DNA of 64,000 bases from Tubiluchus corallicola (lineage: Eukaryota > Animalia > Priapulida): assembly GCA_030141605.1 (NCBI GenBank), contig JAQGDQ010000937.1, positions 1-64,000 on the forward strand, written 5' to 3'. Shown in pieces: positions 13,960-26,375 of this stretch. Position numbers and translations under genes: made by a program. The notes under the pieces were generated by a model. That model was not told where the DNA came from and searched no databases. It was given only the letters and a program-made list of their open reading frames with translations. How positions within the stretch are numbered: position 1 is the stretch's first letter; every line of letters begins with the position of its first letter.

Positions 13960-14535
13960 ACAGTTGACACTGGGTGAAAGTGTTGACAGTGTGAATGTGT
14001 TGACAGTGGGTGAATGTGTTGACAGTGCGTGAATGTGTTGACAGTGGGTGAATGTGTTGCAGTGTGAATGTGTTGACAGTGGGTGAATGTGTTGACAGTG
14101 GGTGAATGTGTTGACAGAGTGTGAATGTGTTGATAGTGGGTGAATGTGTTGACAGTGGGTAAATGTGTTGACAGAGTGTGAATGTGTTGATAGTGGGTGA
14201 ATGTGTTGACAGTGGGTAAATGTGTTGACAGTGCGTGAAGGTGTTGGCAGTGGGTGAATGTGTTGACAGTGGGTAAATGTGTTGACAGTGGGTGAATGTG
14301 TTGACAGTGGGTGAATGTGTTGAGAGCGCATGAATGTGTTGACAGTGGGTGAATGCATTGGTAGGGGTGAATGTGTTGACAGTGGGTGAATGTGTTGTCA
14401 GTGTGAATGTGTTGACAGTGGGTGAATGTGTAGTCAGTGTGAATGTGTTGACAGTGGGTGAAAGTGTTTACAGTGGGTGAATGTGTTGACAGTGGGTGAA
14501 TGTGTTGGTAGTGGGTGAAAGTGCTGACAGTGGGA
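13960..14535. repeat. 19-bp minisatellite (gtgttgacagtgggtgaat), about 30 copies
   Basis: Direct tandem units; explains the HCQHIH ORFs. Confidence 0.95.
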
Positions 14536-16974
14536 AGAATTTGGTAAAACATGAGCAACTATTGATACATTTATTGCTCAATCAACTGCAAATCATGTTC
14601 AGGTATGTAGCACATTAGACAGTTATGAATCAAAACTCCAAAGTGCAACAATAAGATTTTAGCGGTTTTGGCAAATGAAGAAATATCGGCATTAACAGAT
14701 ATCTTAGCATGTCCAGTAAGTACATCATGTTTGGCGCTTGGACAGACATAACAGCTGATCAAAATCATGCACAACAAAATGAGATAACCACTAACGATGT
14801 AATGATATAAACATGTTGATTGAAAGTCAGGTGTGTTGTCAGTTGCAACACCTACATTTTAGTGTTACTTCGACTATTAGTTATAACGTGATTTGCAAAA
14901 GATCTGTAAGCAGACAGTGGAAATACGACAAGCAACAAAAAAGCTCCATAAACATGGATCAAAGTTAAAATCGTGTTTTCCAAATTAAACGTTAATTATT
15001 CCAAGTCAAATGTCGTGATCTCACTATCACTTAGAGATAAATACGTCACAATTTTTTTATCTATAACTACAACGACTTCCGCCTGTTACAAAACTTTTCC
15101 TGTAAAAATGATGCCTGTAATTCAAATGTAAAGTGACAATGGAAATTCTTTTAACATTGTAGCGTCAGAATTTTTTGCAATTTGCATTTTTACAATTTTG
15201 CAACGAGCCAAAGAAATGGTAAAATAAGGACAGTAGAAACATCACCTCTTAACAAACATAGCTAAAAGTTACAAAAGTAAAATTTGAAGATACTATAGAG
15301 TTTCCTCTTTTTACAATTATACGAATCGCTCAGTGAAATTTAAGGTTCATTCCTTCTACAAAGCATTTTCCTCATGAAGCTGTGGCAATACCTACACGAT
15401 GCTCTTGGCGGTACTTACTCCATTTGCTTCAGTACTAACCGCCTCTGGTAATCAGAGTTATACAAAATAAATGGAGCTAAAATACAACGTCTGAGCAGGA
15501 TCTAAAGACTTTATTAATGAAAGTGTTGGTGGCATTGAGTCACTCCCGCTAGAAGAGTAATCTTCTTCAGATACCTCTTCATCAGATGGTGTTTCATCTT
15601 CTCATTTGTCTTCTGGCAGATTCTGTAGCAAATTTGCTAGTTCGTCTGGTCTTAATTTCTTTCTCTGATTCAGGTCATTCACTAGCCAATGGCTGCTCAC
15701 TCACTAAATGTTAAGGTCATATGGACTCAATTTCTTTTTCTGGGTCATATCATTCCCTAGCTAATGGCTGCTCAATCACTGAATGTCAGTTCTCATTCCA
15801 AACATTTGTATTGTAATGGAAATTCTTTGCAAAGGTTTCTACTGTTTCTACAACAATTGTCTGAGAGTGACAATGCCTATAGCAATGAAAGTAACAATGA
15901 CATAATAATCTTAGTGAAACAATCAATATTTAAGCTTTCAACTTGACAACGCTGGCATTTCTAGGTATAACATTATAAATTTTGACCTGGTAAATACCAA
16001 GAGGGTCCAAACTGTAAATAAATGAACAATTGCTAAAAATAATCAAAAGTCTCTAAATAACAACCTGACAATTCAGATTTGTCTTTATTACGAAGAGTTA
16101 ATTACTGCAAAATGTCAAATTAACAAGAAGTAATAAAGCCAGTTAATCAAAAAAAGAAAAATACTGGTGACAAATTATGTCAAGTAATAGTTCTTGTTTT
16201 TAAAGAGCAGCGTGGTCTCGTTTTAATCTGAGTTTAAAGCAATAGAAAGATTTAGCATGAGGACATGTCACGTTTTGTTTGCTTATCGACCTTGAATAAT
16301 TAAGATCGAATATATTTAAGTTCTTTAGATAAGAGCAGAAGTCAAGAAACTTTTTTTATGAGTTTAGTGATTATTTACAGGAAAAAGCAAATTACCCCTG
16401 ACATGTTTTTAATACGTGACTTAACATACACCATTAAAAAACTTTAATTAGTCTTTTATATGCGACTAACTTAAGACAATTAGTCAGTTAGTGGTTTTTT
16501 TCACAGTTAATGAACTCTATTATTCACTACTATCTATATTATTTTTAAATTGTGTTTATATTTTAATCTGTTAATCTGTTTTTCATCGTATGTGTCCGCC
16601 AGTATATATATATATATATATATAAATGTATATATATAGATATAAAAATATATATGGAACTAAGGCGTCGTATATGTATGTATATTTATCTTATATATAA
16701 TTCATTCTTGCTCAAATACATGCCAAGATTTTGTAAAAAATTCAATTGATCATTTATCATATCTGTAATACTCACAATAATAATTATCGTATTACTTATT
16801 TTCGTACAATTTTTTATCTGTCATTGCGTAGATTTGATTTTAAAGCATTTTTAGAGTTACGAACTGCGTTTCAAAGTTTTAACCCATGGGTCAAAGGTCA
16901 ACGAAACAACCAATAAATCCACCAAGCAACTTACATCTTTCAATTTATCTCATCTCAATGAAGCATTTGACAAA

Positions 16975-17085
16975 TGAGGAGAGAGTGAGAAAGAGAGAGA
17001 GAGCAAGAGAGAGAGAGAAGACAGAGACAGGGTGAGAGAACTAAGGAGAGAGAGAACAAGTGAGAGATGAAGGGTAAGAAGGAGG
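16975..17085. repeat. GA-rich low-complexity tract
   Basis: gagagagaga interrupted runs. Confidence 0.8.
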
Positions 17086-20000
17086 TTACAAAATAGAACT
17101 AAACAGAGGAAGAAAAATCGATGGCTTTGCAGAAAAAATAATAAAAAATTAAAAACGTAACATTTTTTGCTAAATATATTTCTAGGAACTGCATTTTCTG
17201 TGAAGCAATTTCGAACGAAAAAACATTTCCTAAAAGAAATTTTCCGGGAAAAAAATTCAACAAATTTCTTTCTGGAAAGTCTTTTTCTGGCAAATACAGG
17301 GAGACACTTTCCTGAGAAATGGACTTTTTGTTTCGTTTTGTTTCTGAAATCTGTTTTGAAATCTTATGATGTAATTGAAATTTGAAATTTAAAAACCAGA
17401 AAATTTTAGTTTCCTAACTGCCGTAAATGTCGACTAATTGCTATAGATATAGCCTGGAATGCGAAGCATTGCATTACTCAATCACTGTTTAGCGTCAGCT
17501 TTGAGATACAAAGTACTACCATGAAAGGGCATTTTTGTCTCAAATTTTAGTTTAAATGTCGACTGATTGTTATTGAATTTGAAATTTCGCTATAAAGACA
17601 CATTACATTTTGTTGACTGATGTCATCTGACTTAATGAAGTCATCTGTTGGAAGGTGTATAACAAAATACGATAATTTTTGACTTCCAGTTTACGGAGCA
17701 TTTAAAGGAAACCATGTCACGATTTTGCAATAGTCTAATATACTTCATATATTACCGAAAACGGCATGTTTGAGTCCATGTAAAATGACATGGACAAGTG
17801 GGGATTAATCTAGGAGTAAAAACTAGGAGCAAAGATACGCTTCTCAGAGTTTATGCAAAACACAGCAAAAAGAGTGCGGCATTTTTTATCTTTTACAGCT
17901 AGATGCAAAAAACTAAAACTTTTTGACTAAAACGAATTTGTCATTATTATGTATTTTTCATGACCAATTTTTTGAAGCATGTTATGTCGATTTCCTTTTT
18001 ACGTGCACAGAGGGCGTTTAAAGGAAACCATGTCACGATGTTGCTGTTGTCTAACATATTGCATATTTTTTTCACAACTTGGCATATTTGACGCCATGTA
18101 AAACGGCAACGGTTAATTGTTTGACAAAACGAACCCGGCTACTGATAGCCAGGGCATCATTAATTTTTTTTGTTGGAGCAATGGCCCTCAAAGTCGTCCC
18201 TTTTCCTATGCTTTAAGTATAGTGTATTGACTTCTCTATACTTTAATTATGGAAGGAAAGGGTTTGGAAAAACGACTGTAGCATCTTAGCACTGTACCGG
18301 TAGCAGCTACGTGGCATTTGGTTAGATAAGGAATTGACGGGTCTATCACCAGGTGGTACAGCGCTACGAGGTGGCGCTTCAGCAACAGAAGAGTAAACTT
18401 TTTGAAATGTTTTTATTAATTTTACAAAATTTGGGCCATCGTAGGCCTAACGGCAAGTAGGACTAGTAGCCCAAGGCAATGTCTATGTTGAGTATTAGTC
18501 TCTTCATTCTAAAAAGCTTCCTTCAAGAGTTCTGGTTTCCCAAGTTTCAGATTTCCACAAATTCATTCCACGTATTAAAGGAAAATACATATTTTTTTGC
18601 AATTTGCCAAATATCTGTAGTTTCTGATTAGACAAAAAAGAGGAAAAATCTTTAAAAACTGCATCTTTTGATGTGTGTTACGTATTTTTTTCGATTTCCT
18701 GTTTGCGTGCCCAGAGCATTTAAAGGAAAAATGTCACGATTTTGTTATAATTTAATATTTTGTATGTTTTACTGAAATCGGCATGTTTGATGCTTGTGGC
18801 GAATATTATGATGTAAAAGTTGTTTTACCTGCAGTTGCAATAGGATGAGATGCTTTTTGTCACCGAGTGAATCAAAGACTTCATTCAACTCCAATTGCAA
18901 TATGCAATTTTAATAATCATCGTGATTGTCTATGCAGGTGTGAATTAGTTTTGTGGATTTTAAACATTTTAACAAAACAGCATTGCAATTTGCCAGCCTG
19001 GTGGTGGCGGTTTGCCAAATTCTGGGGTTTGACAGACAAGTAGTGATGGACTTTTAAACTGGAACAATGCACACTGTTCAGTTAACGTATTGTATTTGCT
19101 AGATTTGTTGTATTTTAACCAATTAATAATAATGGAATAATAATAACTTCTTAATAAGCATGTAAACATGATAACTCAAATGATCAGTTTTTCAAATGGA
19201 CATTTACCCCAAATTTTTACTTTTCTCAAATTCGTTTGACTTCTCGTGATGATAGTGAGTTCTACGCTTTTCAAAGAATTATAATTTTTGAAATTCTATG
19301 GCGCTAGTTCCTTAGCATGCTTTGCACCAAAATAAAAAAAAACAGGAATTATCCTTAATATCATAAGTTTAACAAATGCCGTAAGCAAAATCTGAAAGAC
19401 GTCTAACACTCAATGCAGAACTCATTTTTAGTAGGAAACATTCCAAATCTTCTTAAGCAGACCACTTTAGACACGATGAATACGAAGGATGTCAGATAAT
19501 TTTAGTGATAATTTCACTAAATCCTCTTAATCAAACCACTTGAGACGTGATATGTACTTTATAATCAAAGAACGTCTGATCATTTTAAAGATAAATCTGA
19601 AATCCCACTTGAGACGCCCATATTAAAACTTACAAAGATCAGCTTTTCAACATTTGTATAAAAACTCCCCGCTGATCGCAATTGCTGATAATTATAATCC
19701 GGATCCGAGGAATTATCCTAAAATTATTTCAGTCACGTGTAAATGGGTTGCAATAACAAACTTTAAAGATCTTTTCATAACATTCAAAGAGCAACTATAA
19801 TTTTCAAGAGCTTGTGATAATTATAATATAATCCAGGGAAGCAATGCCGGGAATTTTCCCAGGAACAGTAAGAGTGGCACATAAATGTGTGGGCAATGAA
19901 CAACCTTGATCAGGTTTTCATAATATACAAATCCATTCTAATTTTTAATAAATTCCACCAGGCTGCATAATGATTTCACTCTAAATGATCGTAATTAAAC

Positions 20001-20146
20001 CTGCCTGATAAACACAGGGAGACCAAATTAATTATGATATGTGAAGAGGTTTAAATCCTTTCAGTTTTATCAAATTTTGTGCCATAAACCTCAGCTCCTT
20101 ATTTCAATCATAACTTTAACATTCATTTGAAAAACTTTGCAAACAA

Positions 20147-20350
20147 TTCAGAAGCTATCTGTTATATTTTATACAACATTTTACAAATCAGAAGCTATCT
20201 GTTATATTTTATTCAACATTTTACAAATCAGAAGCTATCTGTTATATTTTATTCAACATTTTACAAATCAGAAGCTATCTGTTATATTTTATTCAATATT
20301 TTACAAATCAGAAGCTATCTGTTATATTTTATTCAACATTTTACAAATCT
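20147..20350. repeat. 40-bp minisatellite, 5 copies (tcagaagctatctgttatattttattcaacattttacaaa)
   Basis: Near-perfect direct tandem copies. Confidence 0.95.
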
Positions 20351-21260
20351 TTTGAAGAAAACCACTAGAGACACATTACCAACAACGGAGGTCAGAAAAA
20401 GTTGATGGTAATTTTAGTAAATTTATCAAAACCTCTGATGGCAGTCTATTTGTCTGCATTATTTACAAAGAATGTCTGATCGTTTTGCTGATAACTCCAT
20501 CATATCCTCTCTGCAGGCCACTTGAGGCAGAGTGGATGCTTAAAGAATGTCAGATAAATTTAATGATAATATCCTACGATGCAAACCACTTGAGACGTTC
20601 CTTACAAAACACAAAGAGCAGCTGTAATTTTCACATCAAAAGCTTAAAACTGATTGAAATTGCTGATAAGTATAAACCAATTTTCTAAATAGACTGGAGG
20701 AATTTTCTCAGGTGAATTACTCTGCAATGTATTGATAATAGAAGCGTCTTTGTGTGTTATGAAAAACTGTTCAAGGTTGGTCATTGCTCAGCGTTCATCC
20801 AGACAAACTACCCGGCATAATCCTGGGAAAGTTTCTCGCATCAGTTTACAAAGCCAGATCAAAATTAAACGTAATTTCAATCATTTTATAATCGGTGCAC
20901 TTTATTGATAATAGAATAATGATATTTGTGCAGTTTTTGCGCAATCTTTGCGCAGCTTTTGCCTGATCTTTGCACAGTTTTTGCGCAATCTTTGCGCAGT
21001 TTTCGTATGTTTTTGTTTCAGAAAACCTTTGTATGTAACTCACAAAGAGCAGCTATAATTTTCAGTAATTCACTTGGACAACATAATAATGATTGAATTC
21101 AATGATAATTGTAATCCCTCATTTTATTTTCATATTGCGCAAAGAGCAATTCAGAAATGTAACACAGGGTAAATTGCATCGCTATTTTAAAGGCTGATGT
21201 TTAAGATATGAGAGAAATTTATCCACGATTGTTCACAGGGGGAGAGCGGGGGTGGCACAC

Positions 21261-21275
21261 GTGTGTGTGTGTGTG

Positions 21276-21313
<38 letters not shown>

Positions 21314-21332
21314 TGTGCGTGTGTGTGTGCAT
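21261..21332. repeat. (GT)n microsatellite
   Basis: gtgtgtgt run. Confidence 0.95.
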
Positions 21333-21479
21333 GCGCGCTCGCATGTCCTCCCAACTCATCCACAAATCTCACTAACCTGTCGCATCATCTTTTATTCACA
21401 ACAAAAGGATTGTGCAACATACATGGGCGGGTTGTTGTTGCTTGAAAAAGCAGCGGGACTAAGGCTTGATGTTACATTT

Positions 21480-23535
21480 TATGCTCTACTTGACAAAGCT
21501 CTAAGCCCAGCTTACAACTCAATCCTTTATTTGATTCTTATTTTGCCATTTTTTGAACAGATCGTTTAAGACATTTTGACAAATCCCCTGAAGTAAACTG
21601 CATGAGGCATCTTATGTGCAAAGCTGGGCAGACAAACTTAACAGAAGTTTTACCAAATCCTCTTAATTAAACGACTTGAGCCAAGAATGTCAGATAAATT
21701 GAAAGATCAATTTGATGAGACCCTCAGGTGGAAACTACTTTATAACACAAATAGCAGCAAGCATTTGAAATTTTGCTATAAAGACCAGCTCAATTAACAC
21801 TTGCAAAGTACGATATCCAGAGTTTGATATTTATAACAGTATAGTGTATGCCTGGGCAATAGTTCAGCTAAACTACCGGTTCACGTTCGCAGAGCGTTTA
21901 AAGGAAAAGACGTCACAATTTTGCTATAATCTAATACCGTAGGCGCGGCTAAACAGACTCACGGATAATAGACTCAGTTGCTTAATTTACTCAAAAACGC
22001 CTTTTACTGGCCGTCTCTATTTAAATAAACACAAAAATTGTCGGAAAGTGAATAAAATGACTCAATATTTTTGCTTCTATCCTTTTGTTTGTAAGCAGGA
22101 ACATTTATCATAGATTAATTATGCTAGCCTAATGTTTGCTTTGACACGCCGGTTAACTGCAATTAACTTCATTATCTAAAAATTTCTAGGAAGTGATCTG
22201 TCATCTTTGAAGTCCTCTGTCCTTTTGGAGAACCTCTGTCATCTTGGATGGCCTCTGTCCTCCTGGAAGTCATCCGTCCTTTTGGATGTCTTCTGTCATC
22301 TGGGAAGTCTTCTAGGAGATCCACTGACCTCTAAGAAGTCCAGTGTCCTCTTGGAAGTCCTCTGTTCTATAGAAAGTCTTCTGTCCTCTATGTAGTCCTT
22401 TAGGCAGACCTTTGTCATCTAGGAAGTCCTCTGCCCTTTTGGAAGACCTCTGTCCTCTTTGAAGTATGTTCTGTCTTTTAGGTAGCAATCGAGGAAGACC
22501 TTTGTCTTCTAAGAAGTCCCCCGGGAGGATTTTGTCCTCTTGGAAGACCTCTAGGAGATCCACTGACCTCTAAGAAGTCCTTTGTCCTCATAGAAGTCTT
22601 CTGTCTTTTAGGAAGTCTTCTAGAAAGACCTTTTGCTTCCAGAAAGTACTCTGTCATCTAGAAAGTTTTCCAGGAAGTCTGCTGTGCTATTGGCAGGAAT
22701 CTGTCCTCTCTGAAGTCCTCTGATATTTTGGATGTTTTTATTCATCTTAGAAGACTTCTGTCCTCTTGGAGGTCATCTGTCCTATAGGAATGTCTTCTCA
22801 CATCTGGGAAGTCCTCTAGGAGATCCTCCACTGACCTCTAAGAAGTCCTCTGTCCTCTTGGAAGTCCTTTGTCCTATTGAAAGTCGTCATCTAGACTTTT
22901 GTCTTCTAGGAAGTCCTCCATCATCTAGGAAGTCCTCTTGGAGGACGTCTGTCTTCTTGGTCATATTCTGTCCTCTATGAAGTCCTTTGGATAGACCTTT
23001 GTCATTTAGGAAGTCCTGTGTCTTCTTAGAAGTCATCTGTAGACTTCTGTTAATTAGAAAGTCCTCTGTCATCTAGCAAGTTCCCAAAGGTCTTCATAGA
23101 GGAGAGAATAATTGCAAGAGGACAAAGGACTTCCAATAGGACAGAAGACTTTTTGGAGAACTTCCTAGGTAACTGAGGACTTCAAGGAAAACAAGTGTCT
23201 TCCTAGATGTCTTGCAAGAGGACTGAGGACAGAGGACTATGTAGTCCAAGAGGACAGAAGACCTCCTGGAGGACAGAGGTCTTCCTAGATGCCAAAAGGA
23301 CGGAGGACTTCCAAGAGGACAGAGGACTTGCAAAAGGGCAGGGGACTTCCAAGAGGACAGAAGTATTTCTAGTGGACTTTTTAATGGTCTTCTTAGAGGA
23401 TTGAAGACTTCCAAGAGGACAATGGTAAAAGTTTCAACTAGGAAGTTCTTCAGGAGATCTTCTGCCCTAAAAGATGTCCTATGTCCTCCTGGAGGTCTTC
23501 AGTCTTCTAGGAAGTCCTCCAGGAAGACCTTTTTC
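21480..23535. repeat. Second copy of the 7.1-11.6 kb composite (shared flank + gaagtcctct satellite with inverted block ~23095-23420)
   Basis: Shares the flank and both inversion junctions (gttcccaaag.tcttcatagagg; caatggtaaaa.gtttca) with the first copy. Confidence 0.88.
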
Positions 23536-25423
23536 TTGATACAGAGTGGAGTGTTTTTAATTTTTACAACTAATTACTGTCACATTTTCACATTTTATGT
23601 CGTAGTTTAGACGTCATAGATGCGTTTTACCAGAATGCAAATTTGGGTGACAAACGTGTTTGTTCAGGAAAATCAGCTGTAGCTCTATCATCAACATGCC
23701 ACAAAATGGTCTGCGTCTACATTTTTAAAATCAAAAATACAATTCTGATCAAAATTGCTGATTATTATAATCCGCAATTTTCTTGGAATTATTTTGGTCG
23801 CTTTATGACTGGGTTGTAATGTGCAACAGTGAAGAGCTTTTCGTAGTATAAAAAAGGAACTCAGATTTGAATCATTGACAATTATAATCCAATTCAAGGC
23901 CATTTATTTTCATAAGAACATACCAGAGTCAAATAAATGTGAGTGTAATGAACAAACCTAAACAACTTTTCACAACATACAAGTCCATTCTAGTTTTTGT
24001 AGTGCCTGCTGGTTGTATTACAATGTCAATTGAAATTATGTGCAATTAATAAACACATACGAAGTATTTTACAGTTTGAATAATAAATGGGATGTGTGAG
24101 CAAGTTTAAAGAAGTTTTACATCTTTCAAATTTTTCCAAATTCTATGGCATAGGACACAAGTTCAGTTGACATGCTCTAAGCTAAGCACACAATGCAGGT
24201 CTTTTATTTTGACCATAACTGTAACAAAGATTAAGCAGGTCTTATTATCCTGCAATAACAATTTATTAAAGTTTATTTAGCTTCTTCAAAGGAAGAAAAT
24301 ATTTGGCAGTAAAATGGTCGACTTATTAAAAGATTGCGCTTAAAAAGTGAAGGAACTTTGTGTCTATTAAAAATGTTCAAACAAACATTATTGGCGCTAT
24401 ATTTCTAGTGCTGAAGAATTTGAGGCGGAGTTAAAAAGCTGTCATGGTGATCAACTCCAACACGTCAGTTTATAGGCGTAACTTTCAGATGCGTGAAGAC
24501 GAGACAACTCAAGCAAATCATTTGCTTTTCAGTCTTGCTATGAGCATGAGCAGCGCTCCAGGAAAAAACAGAACAGTTTTTAGTGAAGTGCAATATTGAT
24601 TTTAAGTGCAAAATGTGTGATTTTGTTAAAAAAAAGTGAAAATTTTGTTGTCTGTACAAAACAATTTATTCTTTGCACTTAACCACAGAAGTAATCACGC
24701 TTTAGTCTTCTATTTTGTCTAATAAGTGGATTGTGGCTGCAAGGTGATTTAAGAATGGAAGGGTGGCATTTCATAAAACAAGTTTTAAATTAACGTTCGG
24801 CTCAGTGAAAGCGATAAATCGCCTGGCTTTTCATTGAATTTAAAGCTTCCTTAGGTTGAAAGCAGCAACTTAACTTTCAAATTTCTCACAGAAAACTGAT
24901 CACGTTTCGCCATCTTGATTTAGAAATACGCGCCACTTCGTGACGTCATCGACGTGATTCGCCTGGAATATTGCATGGAGTATGAATTTACTTTATAAAT
25001 TGATGTCAGGCATCAGCAAGCTAATTCTATCTTTTTAACTGTCCTGCCTATGTTTTATGGTGAGTGTTAATCTAATGTGCAATCATTTTAAATCAGTTAC
25101 TTAATTTTATATAAATGGGTCTTGTAGTGCTGGTATCTGCCATGCAATGATAATGTTGTTTGGATGCCTGTACGGCCTGATTACAGTTTAGGTGGTTTTT
25201 AAAGCACTCTCATTTCACCCAAATTAGAAATGTCCCTAAAAGTAGGACAGCAATAGACAGTTGCATCCTTTATCTGCACACTGATGTAAAGAAAGTTGAA
25301 ACGTACCTCCTATTTATAAATTTATGATCAAACCTTTGCATTGTGCAGAAACTGTAGTATGAAGATTATTTCTACTCTTGTGGTTCCAACTGGTCTTGAT
25401 GCCTTGTAAATTGTGCCGATGTG

Positions 25424-26375
25424 GACAGGTTTGTTGGTACAGCAGGTATGACAGGTTTGTTGGTATTGTTGGCACAGCAGGTATGAAATGTCTGTTGGTA
25501 CATCAGGTATGACAGGTTTGTTGGTACAGTAGGTATGACAGGTTTGTTGGTACAGCAGGTATGACAGGTTTGATGGTACAGCAGCTATGACAGTTATTTT
25601 GGTACAGCAGGTTTGACAAGTTTCATGGTACAGCAGGTATGATAGGTTTGTTGGTATTGTTGGTACAGCAGGTATGACAGGTTTTTTGGTACAGCAGGTA
25701 TGACAGGTTTGATGGTACAGCAGGTATGACAGGTTTGTTAGTACAGCAGGTATGACAGGTTTGTTGGTACAGCAGGTATGACAGGTTTGTTGGTATTGTT
25801 GGTACAGCAGGTATGACAGGTTTGATGGTACAGCAGGTATGACAGGTTTGTTGGTACAGCAGGTATTTCAGGTTTGATGGTACAGCATGTATGACAGGTT
25901 TGTTAGTACAGCCGGTATGACAGGTTTGTTGGTACAGCAGGTATGACTGGTTTGTTGGTATTGCTGGTACAGCAGGTATGACAGGTTTGAGGGTACAGAG
26001 GTATGACAGGTTTATTGGTACAGCAGGTATGACAGGTTTGTTGGTACAGCAGGTATGACAGGTTTGATGGTACAGCAGGTATGACAGGTTTGTTGGTATT
26101 GTTGGTACAGGAGGTATGACACGTTTGATGGTACAGCAAGCAGGTATAAGACGTTTGTTGGTACAGCAGGTATGACAGCTTTGTTGGTGTTTTTGGTGCA
26201 GCAGGTATGACAGGTTTGTTGGTACAGCAGGTATGACAGGTTTGATGGTACAGCAAGTATGACAGGTTTGTTGGTACAGCAGGTATGACAGGTTTGATGG
26301 TACAGCAGGTATGACAGGTTCGATGGTACAGCAGGTATGACAGGTTTGATGGTACAGAAGGTATGACAGGTATAA
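25424..26375. repeat. 26-bp minisatellite (gacaggtttgttggtacagcaggtat) with occasional 9-bp insertions
   Basis: Tandem units; explains the 267-aa QTCHTCC ORF. Confidence 0.95.

Noticed and set aside
14571-14777. ORF with ISCYVC resembling a three-finger/Ly6 start
   Set aside because: Cys spacing does not continue and there are no convincing exon boundaries.
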